A stretch of 64,000 bases of DNA from Eledone cirrhosa (Eukaryota): NCBI GenBank assembly GCA_964016885.1, contig OZ024751.1, forward strand, positions 32,984,001 through 33,048,000, read 5' to 3'. Below, one piece after another: positions 42,861-57,694 of this stretch. The notes under the pieces are model-generated. The model was given only the letters and a program-made list of their open reading frames with translations, ran no database searches and was not told the origin of the DNA. The position numbers and the translations under genes were made by a program. Each line of letters opens with the position of its first letter. The stretch's first letter is position 1.

Positions 42861-45800
42861 AGGGCTGCTTATTTGTCTAAAAGAAGCCCACTTATATCGC
42901 AATCTGGTGATATTATTGCTATCCGCCTCCTGCTAACCATTCTCCTGCAGAAATGCTTTATTTATTATGATATTTAAAAAATGCTTGAAGGTAGATACAT
43001 ATTCAATACACCACGTCAGAGTTTATTTTTATCCCTTCAGGGTCGATATTATAAATACCAGTAAAATTACTGAGTTAGATTAACACAACAAAACCCATTC
43101 ATTATTTCAAATGAATAGCTTTGTGTCAATTTAAAACGAAAAATAATTACGAAGATATTGCCAGGGAATGTCATAATTTGTCTGTTCTAAGTAAGTGCTC
43201 TATACATCCCTTTTATTCACTGAGAGTGAATCACAGGTCCCCATGGTGTTCTCACACTGTTTCCTACAAGATGTTTAATTATACATAATGTTTAGAGGCC
43301 TGTCACAGCATGGCGTAGCTAATGAGATATAAACCGACTTAGCTAATGAGATACAAACCAACGAAACTTCGTCCGTTTTCACCAACCCCCAATCAACGTA
43401 GCCAGCTGTAAATCTATTAGAAAGCCTCGTATATATATATATATGAGATGTCATGAAATGTTTGAAATGTCATGTATTAAATTGGTATCTTTAATCTTAA
43501 TGCTTTGATGATTAAACTAAATATGATTTAAAGATTATTTGAATTGAAATATAATTTAGAATTAACCATTGAATCCGTTAAAACTTTTCCGCTTCATTGA
43601 CGTTGCTGATGTCCTAATTAAATCAACAACTGAGTACTATTGCTACTTCTGTCATTGGCGTAAACCACCTTGGAGTGTTGAAAGTGAAAGACAACTCTAT
43701 GAGGATATAAACTTTCATCACAAGTAGTTACTAAAACTACTATTTCTGACACTGCAGTGTTTCTGTACATTCAAAGCGACATTAAATTATATTTATCAAA
43801 GCTATATAAGAATTTTCGGTTTAAAGCCACTGGAAGTAGGTGTGTGTTTATAGAGAAGAGTTAAATATATGTCACCATAAGTAAATGTTTAGCGGCAAGT
43901 TCTGTAGAGTTCTATATAATATCTCGCCAAGCTAAAATTATAGATAATAATATGGTTTCAATCCCTATTTGAATCCTTTCAAATCCTTTTCCTTCACATG
44001 TGCAAATGTATGCCATTGCAACAGATTCGTCTACAATCTTACTTTTTCAAATCTTCCTTTTTCAAACTAAACCGCTCTTTATTCAAAGCAAATTAAATAT
44101 ATTTTATATTGCCTAAAAACTGTAGTCATGGCTAAGACACTTAATAACTTAATTTGATTTTAAACAGAAATGAAATCTTTAGTTTTTTTAGTACAACATA
44201 ACAGTTGTAAAACTTAGAGAATTAAAACGTTAAAAAGATATAAATACCCCTACGTCTACAGTAAGGAGTCTTATTAAACTCATCAGAAACCTCGTCACGT
44301 CAGTAACATACTTTATAATAAAGAAGATGCTGCTGCTGCTGCTGATGATGATGATAGCTTTGTTTCTTCCCCACTTCCTCCTCCTCCTTCTTTTCTCACT
44401 ATTTGCTCGTGTTTTTCTTTTGTTCTTTTTCTCTTTTCCGTTTTTCTTTTCTTTCTTCCTTCCTTTCCCTTTTCATTTTCTGTTTTCTTTTTCTTCTCTT
44501 TCTATTCCTTTCTATACCTCTTTTCTCTCTTTTGCTCCCTTTTCCTGTTTCCCCCTACGTTCCCTACTTCCCTGTTCTCACCCCACCCCATTACATTCTC
44601 TCTATTTATTTCACTATATTATGAAATATATAGAGCCGAAGTATGTCGAGGTCATTTGGTGTCGACCTTTTCTCTGAAAAGGTCATAGTTCTCTGCTACC
44701 TCACTGATGGGCGCTGTGTTCGCTCTTCATTGTTTATCACTTAAAACAACAGATTACATTGCACTACTTAAGACGAAATCTGTTTCTATGGGTTGGTGTG
44801 CTCAGTGTGGTATCGACTTTGTATCTATATAAATTTAATACATATACATTGTTCTATATAGAGCTCATCAAGGTTACATCCTCAATCCAAAGCAACGGCC
44901 ACCAACTAATGGAATTCCCCACCATGAAATAAGAATCCTTTCTGATCTTGACATTAGATCACTTGTTGAAGGTGATAAGTTGATTTCTTTTATAGCTTAT
45001 TATGAAAGAAAAGTAGCGTCTAAGAAAGATTTCAAAAGTCCCCGAGACTGATGGGAAGACGGGAAGTGGGTATTCACAAACTAGAGAGATCTTACCCCAA
45101 TTCTTGCAACAGACATTGAAAGTACAGTTTACGTATGTAAGCATAAACGGTATTGTATAATTTAGGTTTGTTTATTCCTAACTTTACATTCCTTACTTTT
45201 GAGAGTTCCAATATTTAACTGAGACAAGGTATTGTAAAATATATTGCTAGTAATTTCTATCGTTGGACAAATGAAAGAAATCTTCGACTCCGTTGGAATA
45301 TTAAAATTATAGACCGACGAAAGTGAATGCTTCGAGGTATTTAGTCCAATGCTGTCTAGTTTCTGCCAACTAGTTGTCTTAAAGATTAATGACAACGTGT
45401 AATTGACCAGAGTTTCGTTAGTTTGCGGTGGAGTGTTAAGCGAAAATTCTCCCTTGGGCAAAAAGCACGCAACACGATAAGCTAGATGGAAACAATATGT
45501 ATAGAACTGCAGTAGTGAAGCATGTTATAGCAGACTTTGAGCGAAATACGGATGAGATTACTTTATAAAAGAATGTTGAGTGAGAATGAGAAAAGATAAA
45601 AAGAACTAACAAATATAAGCTAGTCTAAAACAAAATGCCAATTTAAACAGATACTATACAACAATTCGGTAATAAAACAAATAATAGACCAGGTGTCTCT
45701 GCTAGCAAATGAAACGAAAATATATCTTTCGGGAATGATATTAATTTAGTTGTGTCTAAGAGATTCTATAATACTAAATAATATGGTTGTTTCTCTTTGG

Positions 45801-46510
45801 TTTTAAGCGACTCGGTTTACGTTATATTGCTTTCTAATGTATCCATCATTAGTAAAATGTGATGCGTTTGCAGAAAACCAAGAAAGAGGAGAGGATTAAA
45901 TTAAGGAAGCTTGGTAAGAGTTTGAAGATGAGAAAGTCATGCATAATCATTCGATTGATGACCTTTTCTTTTCTACTGATAATGTTTTCAAACTGCAATC
46001 ACGATTTAGCCAAAATTCTGTCTCGTAGAAATATCCTTGCTTGATATACTTTTAAAAAGATAAGATACAGCCAAGTGCTGAAAGTATAAATGAACCAAGC
46101 CGCTGGTCAGGTCACAGATTGTGTAAACAAGCAATTTGTCGAAGGTTGATTAAAGACAAACATTTCAGAATGAGTGCTATTTTATAAAACTTTCTTCATA
46201 TAGATTTTCAACGATGATTGTCACAAAAATAGCATTGGTATTTTTGCTATCGGCAGTTAGTTAGAAACAGAATTCGATTACCAGTGAGAGATTGTTTCCA
46301 GAAACGATGATTCGATTTAGCGCCATTTTCGACGTTTCATTTTATGCGAAATTAAACAATCAAAGAATTTAGCAGATGCTTAATAAACCTCTATTGTCGT
46401 GTTATTATGTCCATCCATCTATATACCTGTATATACCTGTATTCCTCACAGTCTCCGTATTATACACACACAAACGCACACACAACAACGGAGATTATAT
46501 AAACACACGT

Positions 46511-46543
<33 letters not shown>

Positions 46544-46562
46544 CATACATATATATATATAC

Positions 46563-46643
<81 letters not shown>

Positions 46644-46652
46644 CATATATAT

Positions 46653-46721
<69 letters not shown>

Positions 46722-46806
46722 AGTATGTAGTTTTCTATATACATAAATACATATATGGACACAAAAACACACACAAACACATATACACACATATACATGT
46801 GTATAA

Positions 46807-46908
<102 letters not shown>

Positions 46909-47283
46909 GTATATATATGCATTTATATAAATATATATGTGTGTGTGTGTGTGTGTTTGTGTGTATATATGAGTGAAGAGACAAAAATAAATAAATATAT
47001 AAACGAAAACTCGCCAGAACCCTGTGAAATTAGATGATATTAGTTTAATGCTGAAAGGTGAAAGTCAGTTATATATGCATCTACCTTTTCCTTTCTTCTC
47101 ATAAGATTTACATTTCGATCAGATATCTGTAAAGTTGTACAAATTCCACCTTGGTAATCTGTAGTGATCGACATTAGAACTAATAACAAAGAAGCTATCA
47201 GACTTTCTTCAGCTGTGCCCACACCATAATATACCACTGGTTCACATCATAACATAGTATTGCTGGTTCACATCAAAACATTT

Positions 47284-47346
47284 ACTATATAGTAGTTTAA
47301 CTATATAGTAGTTTAACTATATAGTAGTTTAACTATATAGTTGTTT
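47284..47346. repeat. 16-bp tandem repeat x~4
   Basis: ctatatagtagtttaa at 47285, 47301, 47317 and 47333. Confidence 0.92.
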
Positions 47347-47620
47347 TAACCTTTTAGAATTAAGAGGCGAATCTCCCTCATATTAACCGCTAAAAAAAGT
47401 AAACGACTCTTAAATCCTGATAGAATCCAAACGGCTTATTTTATACCTGGCGAAGCCTATGGATCTCCTGGTCAGTATGCAGTCGATTTCTTCTTCTTTT
47501 TCTTTTTCTTTTTCTTTTTCTTTTTCTTTTTCTTTTTCTTTTTCTTTTTCTTTTTCTTTTTCTTTTTCTTTTTATTTTTCTTCTTCTTCTTCTCCTCTCT
47601 CTCTCTCACCCTCTCACACA

Positions 47621-47706
<86 letters not shown>

Positions 47707-47711
<5 letters not shown>

Positions 47712-47900
47712 AACAAGTAAGACCCCGACGGCTGAGCTCAAGCCGTTTCGACGGCTAATTCAGTACAGAATTAGCCGTCGAAACGGCTTGAGCTCAGCCG
47801 TCGGGGTCTTACTTGTTCCTATTACCCACTCTACTACCCTAAGTATTGAGTACTTTGGTGCGTTATGGTCCACCTGGTTCCTTACCACATTTCCTTCGTT
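47707..47900 (+). mobile_element. Second family-B palindromic insertion in (TA)n
   Basis: Perfect 55-bp arms 47707-47761 and 47768-47822 around a 6-nt loop. Same start point, tail and 3' end as 31233-31431. Confidence 0.72.
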
Positions 47901-47918
47901 ATATATATATATATATAT

Positions 47919-47979
47919 GTTATCCCGGGTTTAATCGGAGGTAACCACAATAAGTAAGGTACTCAATACAAAGCAGAGT
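47919..47979 (-). mobile_element. Family-C terminal fragment
   Basis: tcccgggtttaatcggaggtaaccacaataagtaaggtactcaatacaaagcagagt is a diverged match to 29169-29225 and abuts (TA)n at the same end. Confidence 0.6.
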
Positions 47980-48133
47980 TGATTTTGGTGGGATTTAAAC
48001 CTAGAGCGCAGTAAACTAACAAATCAATAAATAAAATACACACACACATATATATATATATATATAAATATATATTTTATTTATTGATTTGTTAGTATAC
48101 TGCGCTCTAGGTTTAAATCCCACCAAAATCAAC
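47978..48133. repeat. 61-bp inverted duplication of flanking DNA
   Basis: 47978-48038 is the reverse complement of 48073-48133 (one mismatch), separated by a CA/TA tract. The right arm continues into an old SINE body. Confidence 0.85.
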
Positions 48134-48192
48134 CGTGTCTTTCATTCTTTCGCGGTCGATAAATAAAGTACCAGTCCAGACCTGGGATTGAT
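48100..48192 (+). mobile_element. Old SINE fragment
   Basis: ggtttaaatccc...tctttcattctttcgcggtcgataaataaagtaccag. Confidence 0.7.
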
Positions 48193-48879
48193 TCTTCCTT
48201 TTCCTTGGTGCGATTTTAATGCAACTAGAAATCCTGTGATGACTCATTCAGTATCTCACTTCTGTCAATAAATCAGAAACAATGTGAAGTAGGGAAACAA
48301 CCATTGACGATGGTCATACGAGACGTTGAAACACGTGATCGCCGCATAAAGCCCGAGATTTTAGGGACTCTTTTTCTTTAAAAAATATGAGTAAGGGCCT
48401 AGATATCACTAGAAAGGGGGTATGGTGACAGCTGAAAATATGTTTGGTTATAAATAGGATGTTCGATTAGGGTTGACATGAAGTAAAAACAACAACACAA
48501 CAATTCAACCAACTAATCAACCCCAGATCGATTAATGGCTAATCTTAATCCCGATTTTACGAGAGAAATTACAAAAATATAACGAGCTCATTTTGAAAGA
48601 CTTTCAACAATTCTACAATTCTTACCCAGTTCCTGCCGTTGCTGTCCCCAATATTCCTATAATAGATAGTGTGATAACAGCTCGTTAACTTTAGCTTTTT
48701 GCTTTGGGGCTCCTAAGGATCGAACAATCGACATTCCGATAATTTTGCAGCTGTGTATGATTGCTTCCGACGTAGGCAATTTGATTTTCATGATTACACA
48801 TGTGTGCCAGCTGCTACAAACACACATGCGCATGATGATTTGCGTTATCCCCCCCCCTCTCGCTATCTATATATCTTTC

Positions 48880-48940
<61 letters not shown>

Positions 48941-49198
48941 GTTTGCTAAAAGATTTGAACTGAGAGTGCTGCTGTACTCAGTCTCGGTATGCTGGAGTCG
49001 ATGGTTTTTCAATATATATATATATGATATATATATGATATATATATGATATATATATGATATATATATGATATATATATAAGATATATCAGTGCATCTA
49101 TTTTTCTTTTCATCTCAACTCTATCTCTTTCGTTTAGATTGATACATATATATATATATGTGTGTGTGTGTATATATATATATGTATGTATGTGTGTG

Positions 49199-49233
<35 letters not shown>

Positions 49234-51024
49234 GGATAGATATAAGCAATAGGTGCATGTATATATGACAATATGTAATGGTGTACGTGTTTGTGTATGG
49301 GAGAATCGTATGTACGAATGCGAATGTATTATGGGCCCGAGTCAGAAGTTAAGTATATTAATACATTCTCATAATGAACGTACGAGGAGTTTCACTTAAA
49401 GAGTTAACATGATAGGTGCAGCTGAGTTGAATATCAACTGCAAGAATTGGATGAGACTCTGGGGAATATATCTATATTCTCTGAATGGATACCTTTCAGA
49501 TAATTTATAACGATGAAATTTCACTGCTCTACCAGTATTTTTGTGCATTAACGATTTCACTAGCATGTATACTTAGAAATACTGTATATAATGCTTTCAA
49601 ATAGTTTGAAAATAATGAATAATTTGGAGGGAATTAGTGATATATATATAAATTATTTTATCATTATCAAGATTTGGAAGTTAACAAAATAAAGAATATG
49701 TTATAAATTCCGGATGAAAATATTTATATACTAAATATATATACTAAAAGCAAGAAGTTTTATAATGTAGAAAAACTGGCGGTACCATTCCATTTGGTAT
49801 TAATGGCTTTAATTTTTCTGAGATATTCGAGTAATTATTTCAGCATTTCAACCATGATAATTCCACTATTGTTTTAGTAAGTATTTATCTTGGATGTTTC
49901 TAAGAAGATTTTGCTACTATATCTAGCATGTTTAGCTACCACATAGATTCTCATTCTTGGCTCAATAAAATGTAATATTTTGCTCTATCACAACTTTTAA
50001 TCTTTTCTAATCTTCATTATATGTTAGTCAATAAATCATTATTTTGTAGCGCACATCGATTTTAATTCAAGACGAGAATTAAAAAGTGTTTTCATAAGAG
50101 GAAAGTAATATTTATCTTTGTAATTCCAGATGACATTAGCAGTATATACCAGTGTATCCTATCAGTCTGTTGATGCTACACAAGTAATATACTATAGGAA
50201 TATTTGCTGCAAGCTGTAGGAGGCAACATAGGACGAAATAGTGCTCCAATAAAAGAAACCTGGGTCAAATAGGGAAGGAGAGGCGGACTAATGAGGACAG
50301 GGAGAGGCTAACCAAGAAGAGATTACGCTTCGGCGTGATGGTTTACCATGGTAAATATAGCAGTCATATTCCCCTCAAATAATGTCATGTTTGAAATAAA
50401 AATAAAAGCTAGGACCGCTTGAATAAATGTATATACACGAGGGACATATATTGCCAATAGTTGAGACAAAGAGGTAGCTGGACCTGTCTGTCCGTCTGTC
50501 TGTCAGTCAATCTGTCTGTCTGTCAGCCTGTCTGTCAGCCTGTCTGCCAGTCTGTCAGTCTGTATGTCTGTGTCTATCTGTTTCTGTGTGTGCCAGTATA
50601 CAGATCTCTGTCAACATTCTCCTCCATTACCGTCCTTCAATACTCTCATTCGTTGCTCTACTAACTCAATAGTTTGATAAGAGTGACTACAATAGTTGTA
50701 TTTGTGTTGGTGTTCAACTGAAGATGGTTTTCAAACAGTAAATAACATTTAAATATAGAGTTATGTCTTCAGTGATCTAATCGAGGAATAATTCATCTAA
50801 TATTTATTAAGAAACAATAAAATTCCTTTCTCTCCTAATGCATAAATGTTCATTCATAATTAATGGATGAATTGTGAGAATAGTAAAATTTATTAATTAA
50901 TAATTATATATTCAAGCAAATAGCTACATCATTATACAGATTTTAATTTATCATGAATGGGTGGAGTCAGGCATAAACTTGTGGGTGTTCTGTTTCCTGA
51001 CACAAACATTGAACTGTGCCATTG

Positions 51025-51055
<31 letters not shown>

Positions 51056-51115
51056 TGTATATATAGTGTATTTTGCAATACACTATATGCTTAATTCTAA
51101 AACACACACACACAC

Positions 51116-51212
<97 letters not shown>

Positions 51213-51213
51213 A

Positions 51214-51324
51214 ATAATTGTTTCTACTTTAGGCACAAGGCCAGCAAATACCCAGTACATTACTGGTACGTTATTTATAGACCCCGTAATGATGAAAGGC
51301 AAAGTTAACCTCGGCGGGATTTGA
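51214..51324 (-). mobile_element. 5'-truncated SINE
   Basis: Consensus from the B-box to the tail. Confidence 0.88.
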
Positions 51325-51588
51325 TCAATTTAAGCATAATTAAAGTGAAGCCATTTACATGGGAAGAGTGAAATAATTTTCTATACGTCTTCCCTGTTAC
51401 TGTTATTGTAATTGTAAATATTACATCATGTGACAGAGAATGAGATATAATAATTAAACAGCTTTTCGGACTATTAACCACATTCTTTCTATTACAATAA
51501 TGTTTAACTATAACGTCCGGCGTAGTCATTATTTTAGTTGGTAGCTTACTGTTAGTCATCACTAAAGTGTGTTAGTGAGTGTGTGTTA

Positions 51589-51653
<65 letters not shown>

Positions 51654-52194
51654 CGAGAGAATGTGTATCAGAGCGGGAGAGAGAGAGAGGAACAGAAAGA
51701 GAGAGAGAGAGATTGATAGAGAGAGAAAGGATAAAGGAGAGAGGATGAAGAGCGAGAGAATAAGAAAATTTGATCGGGGAGAGAGAGGGAAAGGAAGAGA
51801 GAGAGGGAAAGGAAGAGAGAGAGGGGGAGAAAGGAAGGGAGAGAAGGAATGTGTGTGGCAGGGAGAGATAGGTAGACAAAGAGAGGGAGAGACAAATGAA
51901 GAAAGTGGAAGACCTGCAGACAGACAGGCAATCAGACAGAGACGATATGTTAACATAGTATTTGTGTAGAACGATGGATGTAAACATCCAAATTGATGTT
52001 AATTAGATTATATAAGTTGTTAGATAATTAACCTTATTTTAAGACATGAGACAGTATTAGATTGTTCTAGGTTTAGAACCATTTGTCATAACATTATGGA
52101 CATAATATCGGTCATGATTATAACTTGTTACTTAAAGCTATCTTAAACGAAAGGTTGTAACGTCTTATACATATATTGGGTGAAGGTAGCATAT

Positions 52195-52345
52195 TGGCAG
52201 AGTTAATACAATGTTAGATAGAAAACTGTGTGGCACTAGATTCCACTGTCTGTGCTCTGAGTCCATGTCCATGGGGTTTACTTTGCATTTCTCCTATTCG
52301 ACGTTGCTATGAAAAGTACCAGTACAATAATGGGCTCGATTCTTC
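52195..52345 (+). mobile_element. Old SINE
   Basis: tggcagagtt...ctgagtcc...tactttgcatttc...aaagtaccagtac. Confidence 0.55.
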
Positions 52346-53842
52346 CAGCCCCCCCCCCCCCTCTCTATCTCCATTTTAAGATTTTGGGTGTGTTCAGCCC
52401 CTAGAGAATGATGGGCTCCGTCAGATTAAAAACCATAGCGCCCCTATACCCCATCAGAAGTTACAGATATATACATACCTATATACATATTCGGCCACTG
52501 AAATATCTATTACTTATCTCAGACATTTAGGAGACATGTTTCTATATAAAGTACTATAATAACACTTACTTACACACTACGCTCTTTCTCTCTTAATATG
52601 TTTTTCATTCTAGTGTGAGATGGATAAAGTACAGTACCAGTCATTTACTCAGGGCATGATAGTGACTATACAACGTTCTCTGCCACAGAGTTGTGGTCAT
52701 ATAATTAATGACTCATTAATAAAGGACAGCAATAATTAATATTGTTACAGTGAGGAGCAGAAGAGGCCTGAATTAGTGAAAAAAATAGTTGCAATGTAAA
52801 TGAATTTCTTATAAACGTTAACAAAGAATAATTATTGAAGAGCTTTGTGAAAGACTAGATGCCAAATAAAAAAAGATACAACTTCAAAGCGAACCCTTCA
52901 AAGTAGATTCTTGATGGATAAATTCAATACTGACGTTAGTCTTTGATCACATTTCACTCGGTCTCGTTTTTTCAAAAAATAAATAACGAAAAAATAAATA
53001 GCTGTTTTGTGAACGAAGTAAACCGACCACACCTTTTAAAAGCCATTAACAATCTTGAGAAGTCATCAAGTTTCTTATTTTCTCATTGCTGTTGTTACTG
53101 TTGTTGCTGTCGTTGTTGTCATCATCATCATCATCATCATCATCATCACTATCATTATTAGTAGTGGTATTATTGTTGTTGTCGTGGTTATTATTGTTGT
53201 TGTTGTGGTTATTAATGTTGTTGTTGTCACCAACATCATTTTTATTTTTGTTTTTATTATGATTGGTTTGTTATTCCTGAGATTATCTTTTTGTAAACTG
53301 AAGAAAAAATATGAAATAGAATTGAAAAAAAACAAACAAATGAAAAAAAAAAGGAAATAGAATAAAAAAAAATTCAAACACTCACACATACACACACACA
53401 CCTACACTCATACGCATATACACACACACACATATATTCATACATACACACACATACACTGACACAAATACACTCACACACACACATACACTCATACACA
53501 CACATACACTTACACATACACACATACACACTCACATACACACACACTCGCACTGACACACATATACACACTCACACACATTAACGCTCAATCAAACACT
53601 CACACACACACACACACGAAGGAAACAATACATAAACAAAATATATTTTAACCATTATGACCGTGAAAATATTTTCTTTATTTCTATGACAGAAATTGTG
53701 AAAGAGTTGCTAGTTTCTCAGCTGTCAAAGCAAGTAATTTCTGTCTCTTGTTTCATAAATAAATTACTTCCACTTTGATACACTACAATAATTATAACCG
53801 CTGATAGTTTGTACCATATATTATCATTATTATTAGTATATC

Positions 53843-54032
53843 GGGGAATTGGCAGTATCGGTAGAGAGTCGGACGCCATGCTTTCTAGCATAGTTACGTC
53901 CCTTTACAGTCTGAGTTCAAATCCCGCCGAAGTTAACTTTGCCTTTCATCCTTCCGGGGTCGATAAAATAAAGTACCAGTAATGTACTGAGTATTTGCTG
54001 GCCTTGTGCCTAAAGTAGAAACAATTATTATT
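53843..54032 (+). mobile_element. SINE, first unit of doublet
   Basis: attattattagtata at 53826-53840 and 54024-54038. Confidence 0.92.
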
Positions 54033-54038
54033 AGTATA

Positions 54039-54221
54039 CGGTAGAGGGTCGGACGTCATGCTTTGACGCATAGAGTTACGGCCCTTTCCATTCTGAGTTC
54101 AAATCCCGCCGAGGTTAACTTTGCCTTTCATCCTTACGGAGTCGATAAAATAAAGTACCAGTAATGTACTGGTCAATTGCTGGCCTTGTGCCAAAAGTAG
54201 AAACAATTATTATTATTATTA
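54039..54221 (+). mobile_element. SINE, second unit of doublet
   Basis: Starts at cggtagagggtcgg and ends in (ATT)n. Confidence 0.9.
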
Positions 54222-55418
54222 CTGTTGTTGTTAATGCCGACCTCAAAACATCACTGTTATTTTAGTTGTTGCTGCTGTTATTGTTGCTGTTATTGTTGTT
54301 GTTGTTGCTGTTATTGCTGTTATTGTTGCTGTTGTTGTTGTTGTTACTGCTGTTGTTGTTGTTTTATGTCTTTCGTCTCTGTGTTTGCCTTTTTACTATT
54401 GTTTGTCTCAGCTATGTGTACCGTTGTAATTTTATAATTCTCCGTTAAGTTGAATAGTTAGCTCCGCTGCAACATATTTACACGTGTGCACATAGACACA
54501 AAATAAATAAAGCAAATAAAGTTTTTAAAAATAATCATAATTATTATTATTAATATTATTATTATTGTTATGTCTAAATTAGAAATCATCATTATCATTA
54601 AAATCATCATCATCATCATTATCATTAAAATAACTACTACAACAAAAATAGCAATAATATTAAATTCTGTGCCTCAACTTAATGTGGTTTATTTCAGGTG
54701 TAGTCAGTCATAGACTTTCAGCAGGAATTAATACCAGAAGATTCCGACTTGATATGGCGACAATTCTGTTTCAACAGAAACGATTCTTTGTTTTTACATC
54801 AAGAAAGCAATCTAAATTGAATATGAAAATAACTTTAATTCAAAATTTTGACATCCCCGCCAAACACGAGTTTTAATTAAGATTTTGAATTAGATATTGC
54901 TGACTTTTCGATTATTATAATTTCATTTCATTCTATTCTTAATGATAATTTATATACTTTCCATTAGATTCAAAGAAATAGAAAAAGGAAATATTTGCTA
55001 TTAAAAAACATAGAAAGTTTTAAAATATACGAAGCAAATTCTTAAAATTTGATATAATTAGTGATATTTTCATGAATTTATAGAAAAGCCCCATAATTTA
55101 GGAGACAAAGAATAGGTGATGTTGAGACATTCATGCATTTTCTAAGAGCATTGGTGGTGAGTAAATGTTTTTTATTTACATTGGTGATAAGTTTCTAGCA
55201 AAATGAGAATACATTTTCAGCTTGGGTGCCTGATGCCCTTCTCACATACAGAAGACCCCAGACAAGATCCCGTAAAATCTATCCCAGGAAGACAAATAGC
55301 AACTAAGTTTGTATCCTTCAAAGATGTTTCCATAAGAAGCAAAAACTGCTTGTCAAAAAGGTCATGAAAGGTTAGTCAGAGATCTGATGACACCGCGAAG
55401 GTAGAAAGGACGCAAGGA

Positions 55419-55778
55419 TGGTAGGTAGGTAGGTAGGTAGGTAGGTAGGTGGGTAGGTAGGTAGGTAGGTAGGTAGGTAGGTAGGTAGGTAGGTAGGTGG
55501 GTAGGTAGGTAGGTAGGTAGGTAGGTAGGTAGGTGGGTGGGTAGGTAGGTAGGTAGGTAGGTAGGTAGGTAGGTAGGTAGGTAGGTAGGTAGGTGGGTGG
55601 GTAGGTAGGTAGGTAGGTAGGTGGGTAGGTAGGTAGGTAGGTAGGTAGGTAGGTAAGTATATAGGTAGGTAGGTAGGTGGGTAGGTAAGTAGGTTGGTAG
55701 GTAAGTATATAGGTGGGTAGGTAGGTAGGTAGGTTGGTAGGTAAGTATATAGGTAGGTAGGTAGGTAGGTAGGTAGGT
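55419..55778. repeat. (GGTA)n microsatellite
   Basis: Direct reading. Confidence 0.97.
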
Positions 55779-55896
55779 CCACCTTGTTAAAAGCCAACGC
55801 CGTGCAATGATACATCTCACTACGGTATGGACTGCAAAGTTGACAATTGTTTTTCTTCGTGGGAAATATTGTTGGGTGGAAAAAGAGTTATTACTA

Positions 55897-56008
55897 AGTT
55901 CGAATCCCGCCGAGGTTAACTTTGTCTTTCATCCTTACAGGGTCGATAAAATAAAGTACCAGTAATGCACTGGGGTAATTGCTGGCCTTGTGCCAAAAAG
56001 TAGAAACA
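55897..56008 (+). mobile_element. 5'-truncated SINE
   Basis: B-box gttcgaatcc through gtagaaaca. Confidence 0.88.
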
Positions 56009-56191
56009 GTTTTAAAATATCCGATAACTTTGGATATCATCTGTTTGTCATCTCTGTCTCTTTTCGACATCTCTTCTCCCCCTTCACATCATCATCATCC
56101 TCATCATCAGCATCATCCTCATATCCTCCTCCTCCTTCTCCTCCTCCTCCTCCTCATCATCATATCCTCCTCCTCCTCCTCCTCCTCCTCC

Positions 56192-56231
<40 letters not shown>

Positions 56232-56358
56232 GTGGGACTGGTGAAGGAATAGGTTTTAAACAGTGACAGGAAATATAAAATCTAATAACATTACTGAAAT
56301 ATATATTTTTTCTAAGTCAAAGTTGACAAAGAAATCTATCAAGGTTCTCCTCAATCTG

Positions 56359-57694
56359 CCACCCTTCCTTCCTTCCACCCTTCCTTCCTTCCACCTTTCC
56401 TTCCACCCTTCCACCCTTCCACTCCCTTCCTTCCTTCCACCCTTCCACCCTTCCTTCAACCCTTCCACCCTTCCTTCCACCCTTCCACCCTTCCTTCCAC
56501 CCTTCCACCCTTCCTTCCACCCTTCCTTCCTTCCACCTTTCCTTCCACCCTTCCACCCTTCCACTCCCTTCCTTCCTTCCACCCTTCCACCCTTCCTTCA
56601 ACCCTTCCACCCTTCCTTCCACCCTTCCACCCTTCCTTCCACCCTTCCACCCTTCCTTCCACCCTTCCTTCCTTCCACCTTTCCTTCCACCCTTCCACCC
56701 TTCCTTCCTTCCACCTTTCCTTCCACCCTTCCACCCTTCCACTCCCTTCCTTCCTTCCACCCTTCCACCCTTCCTTCCACCCTTCCACCCTTCCTTCCAC
56801 CCTTCCACCCTTCCTTCCACCCTTCCTTCCTTCCACCTTTCCTTCCACCCTTCCACCCTTCCACTCCCTTCCTTCCTTCCACCCTTCCACCCTTCCTTCA
56901 ACCCTTCCACCCTTCCTTCCACCCTTCCACCCTTCCTTCCACCCTTCCACCCTTCCTTCCACCCTTCCTTCCTTCCACCTTTCCTTCCACCCTTCCACCC
57001 TTCCACTCCCTTCCTTCCTTCCACCCTTCCACCCTTCCTTCAACCCTTCCACCCTTCCTTCCACCCTTCCACCCTTCCTTCCACCCTTCCACCCTTCCTT
57101 CCACCCTTCCTTCCTTCCACCTTTCCTTCCACCCTTCCACCCTTCCTTCCTTCCACCTTTCCTTCCACCCTTCCACCCTTCCACTCCCTTCCTTCCTTCA
57201 ACCCTTCCACCCTTCCTTCCACCCTTCCACCCTTCCTTCCACCCTTCCACCCTTCCTTCCTTCCTTCCACCCTTCCACTCCCTTCCTTCCTTCAACCCTT
57301 CCACCCTTCCTTCCACCCTTCCACCCTTCCACTCCCTTCCTTCCTTCAACCCTTCCACCCTTCCTTCCACCCTTCCACCCTTCCACCCTTCCTTCCTTCC
57401 ACCCTTCCACCCATCCACTCCCTTCCTTCCTTCCACCCTTCCACCCTTCCACTTCCTACCTTCCACCCTTCCACCCTTCCTCCTTTCATTATTTCCTTCC
57501 TTCCTTTCTACCTTCCTTCCACCCTTCCTTCATTCCACCCTTCCTTCCACCCTTCCACCTTTCCTTCCTTCCACCCTTCCTTTTATTCCTTCCTTCCACC
57601 CTTCCTTGCTTTTATTCCTTCCTTCCTTCCTTCCTTCCTTCCTTCCTTCCTTCCTTCCTTCCTTCCTTCCTTCCTTCCTTCCTTCCTTCCTTCC
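56359..57694. repeat. 1.3-kb polypyrimidine satellite built from CCTT/CCAC words
   Basis: Direct reading; 56461-56700 is repeated exactly at 56761-57000. Confidence 0.97.
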
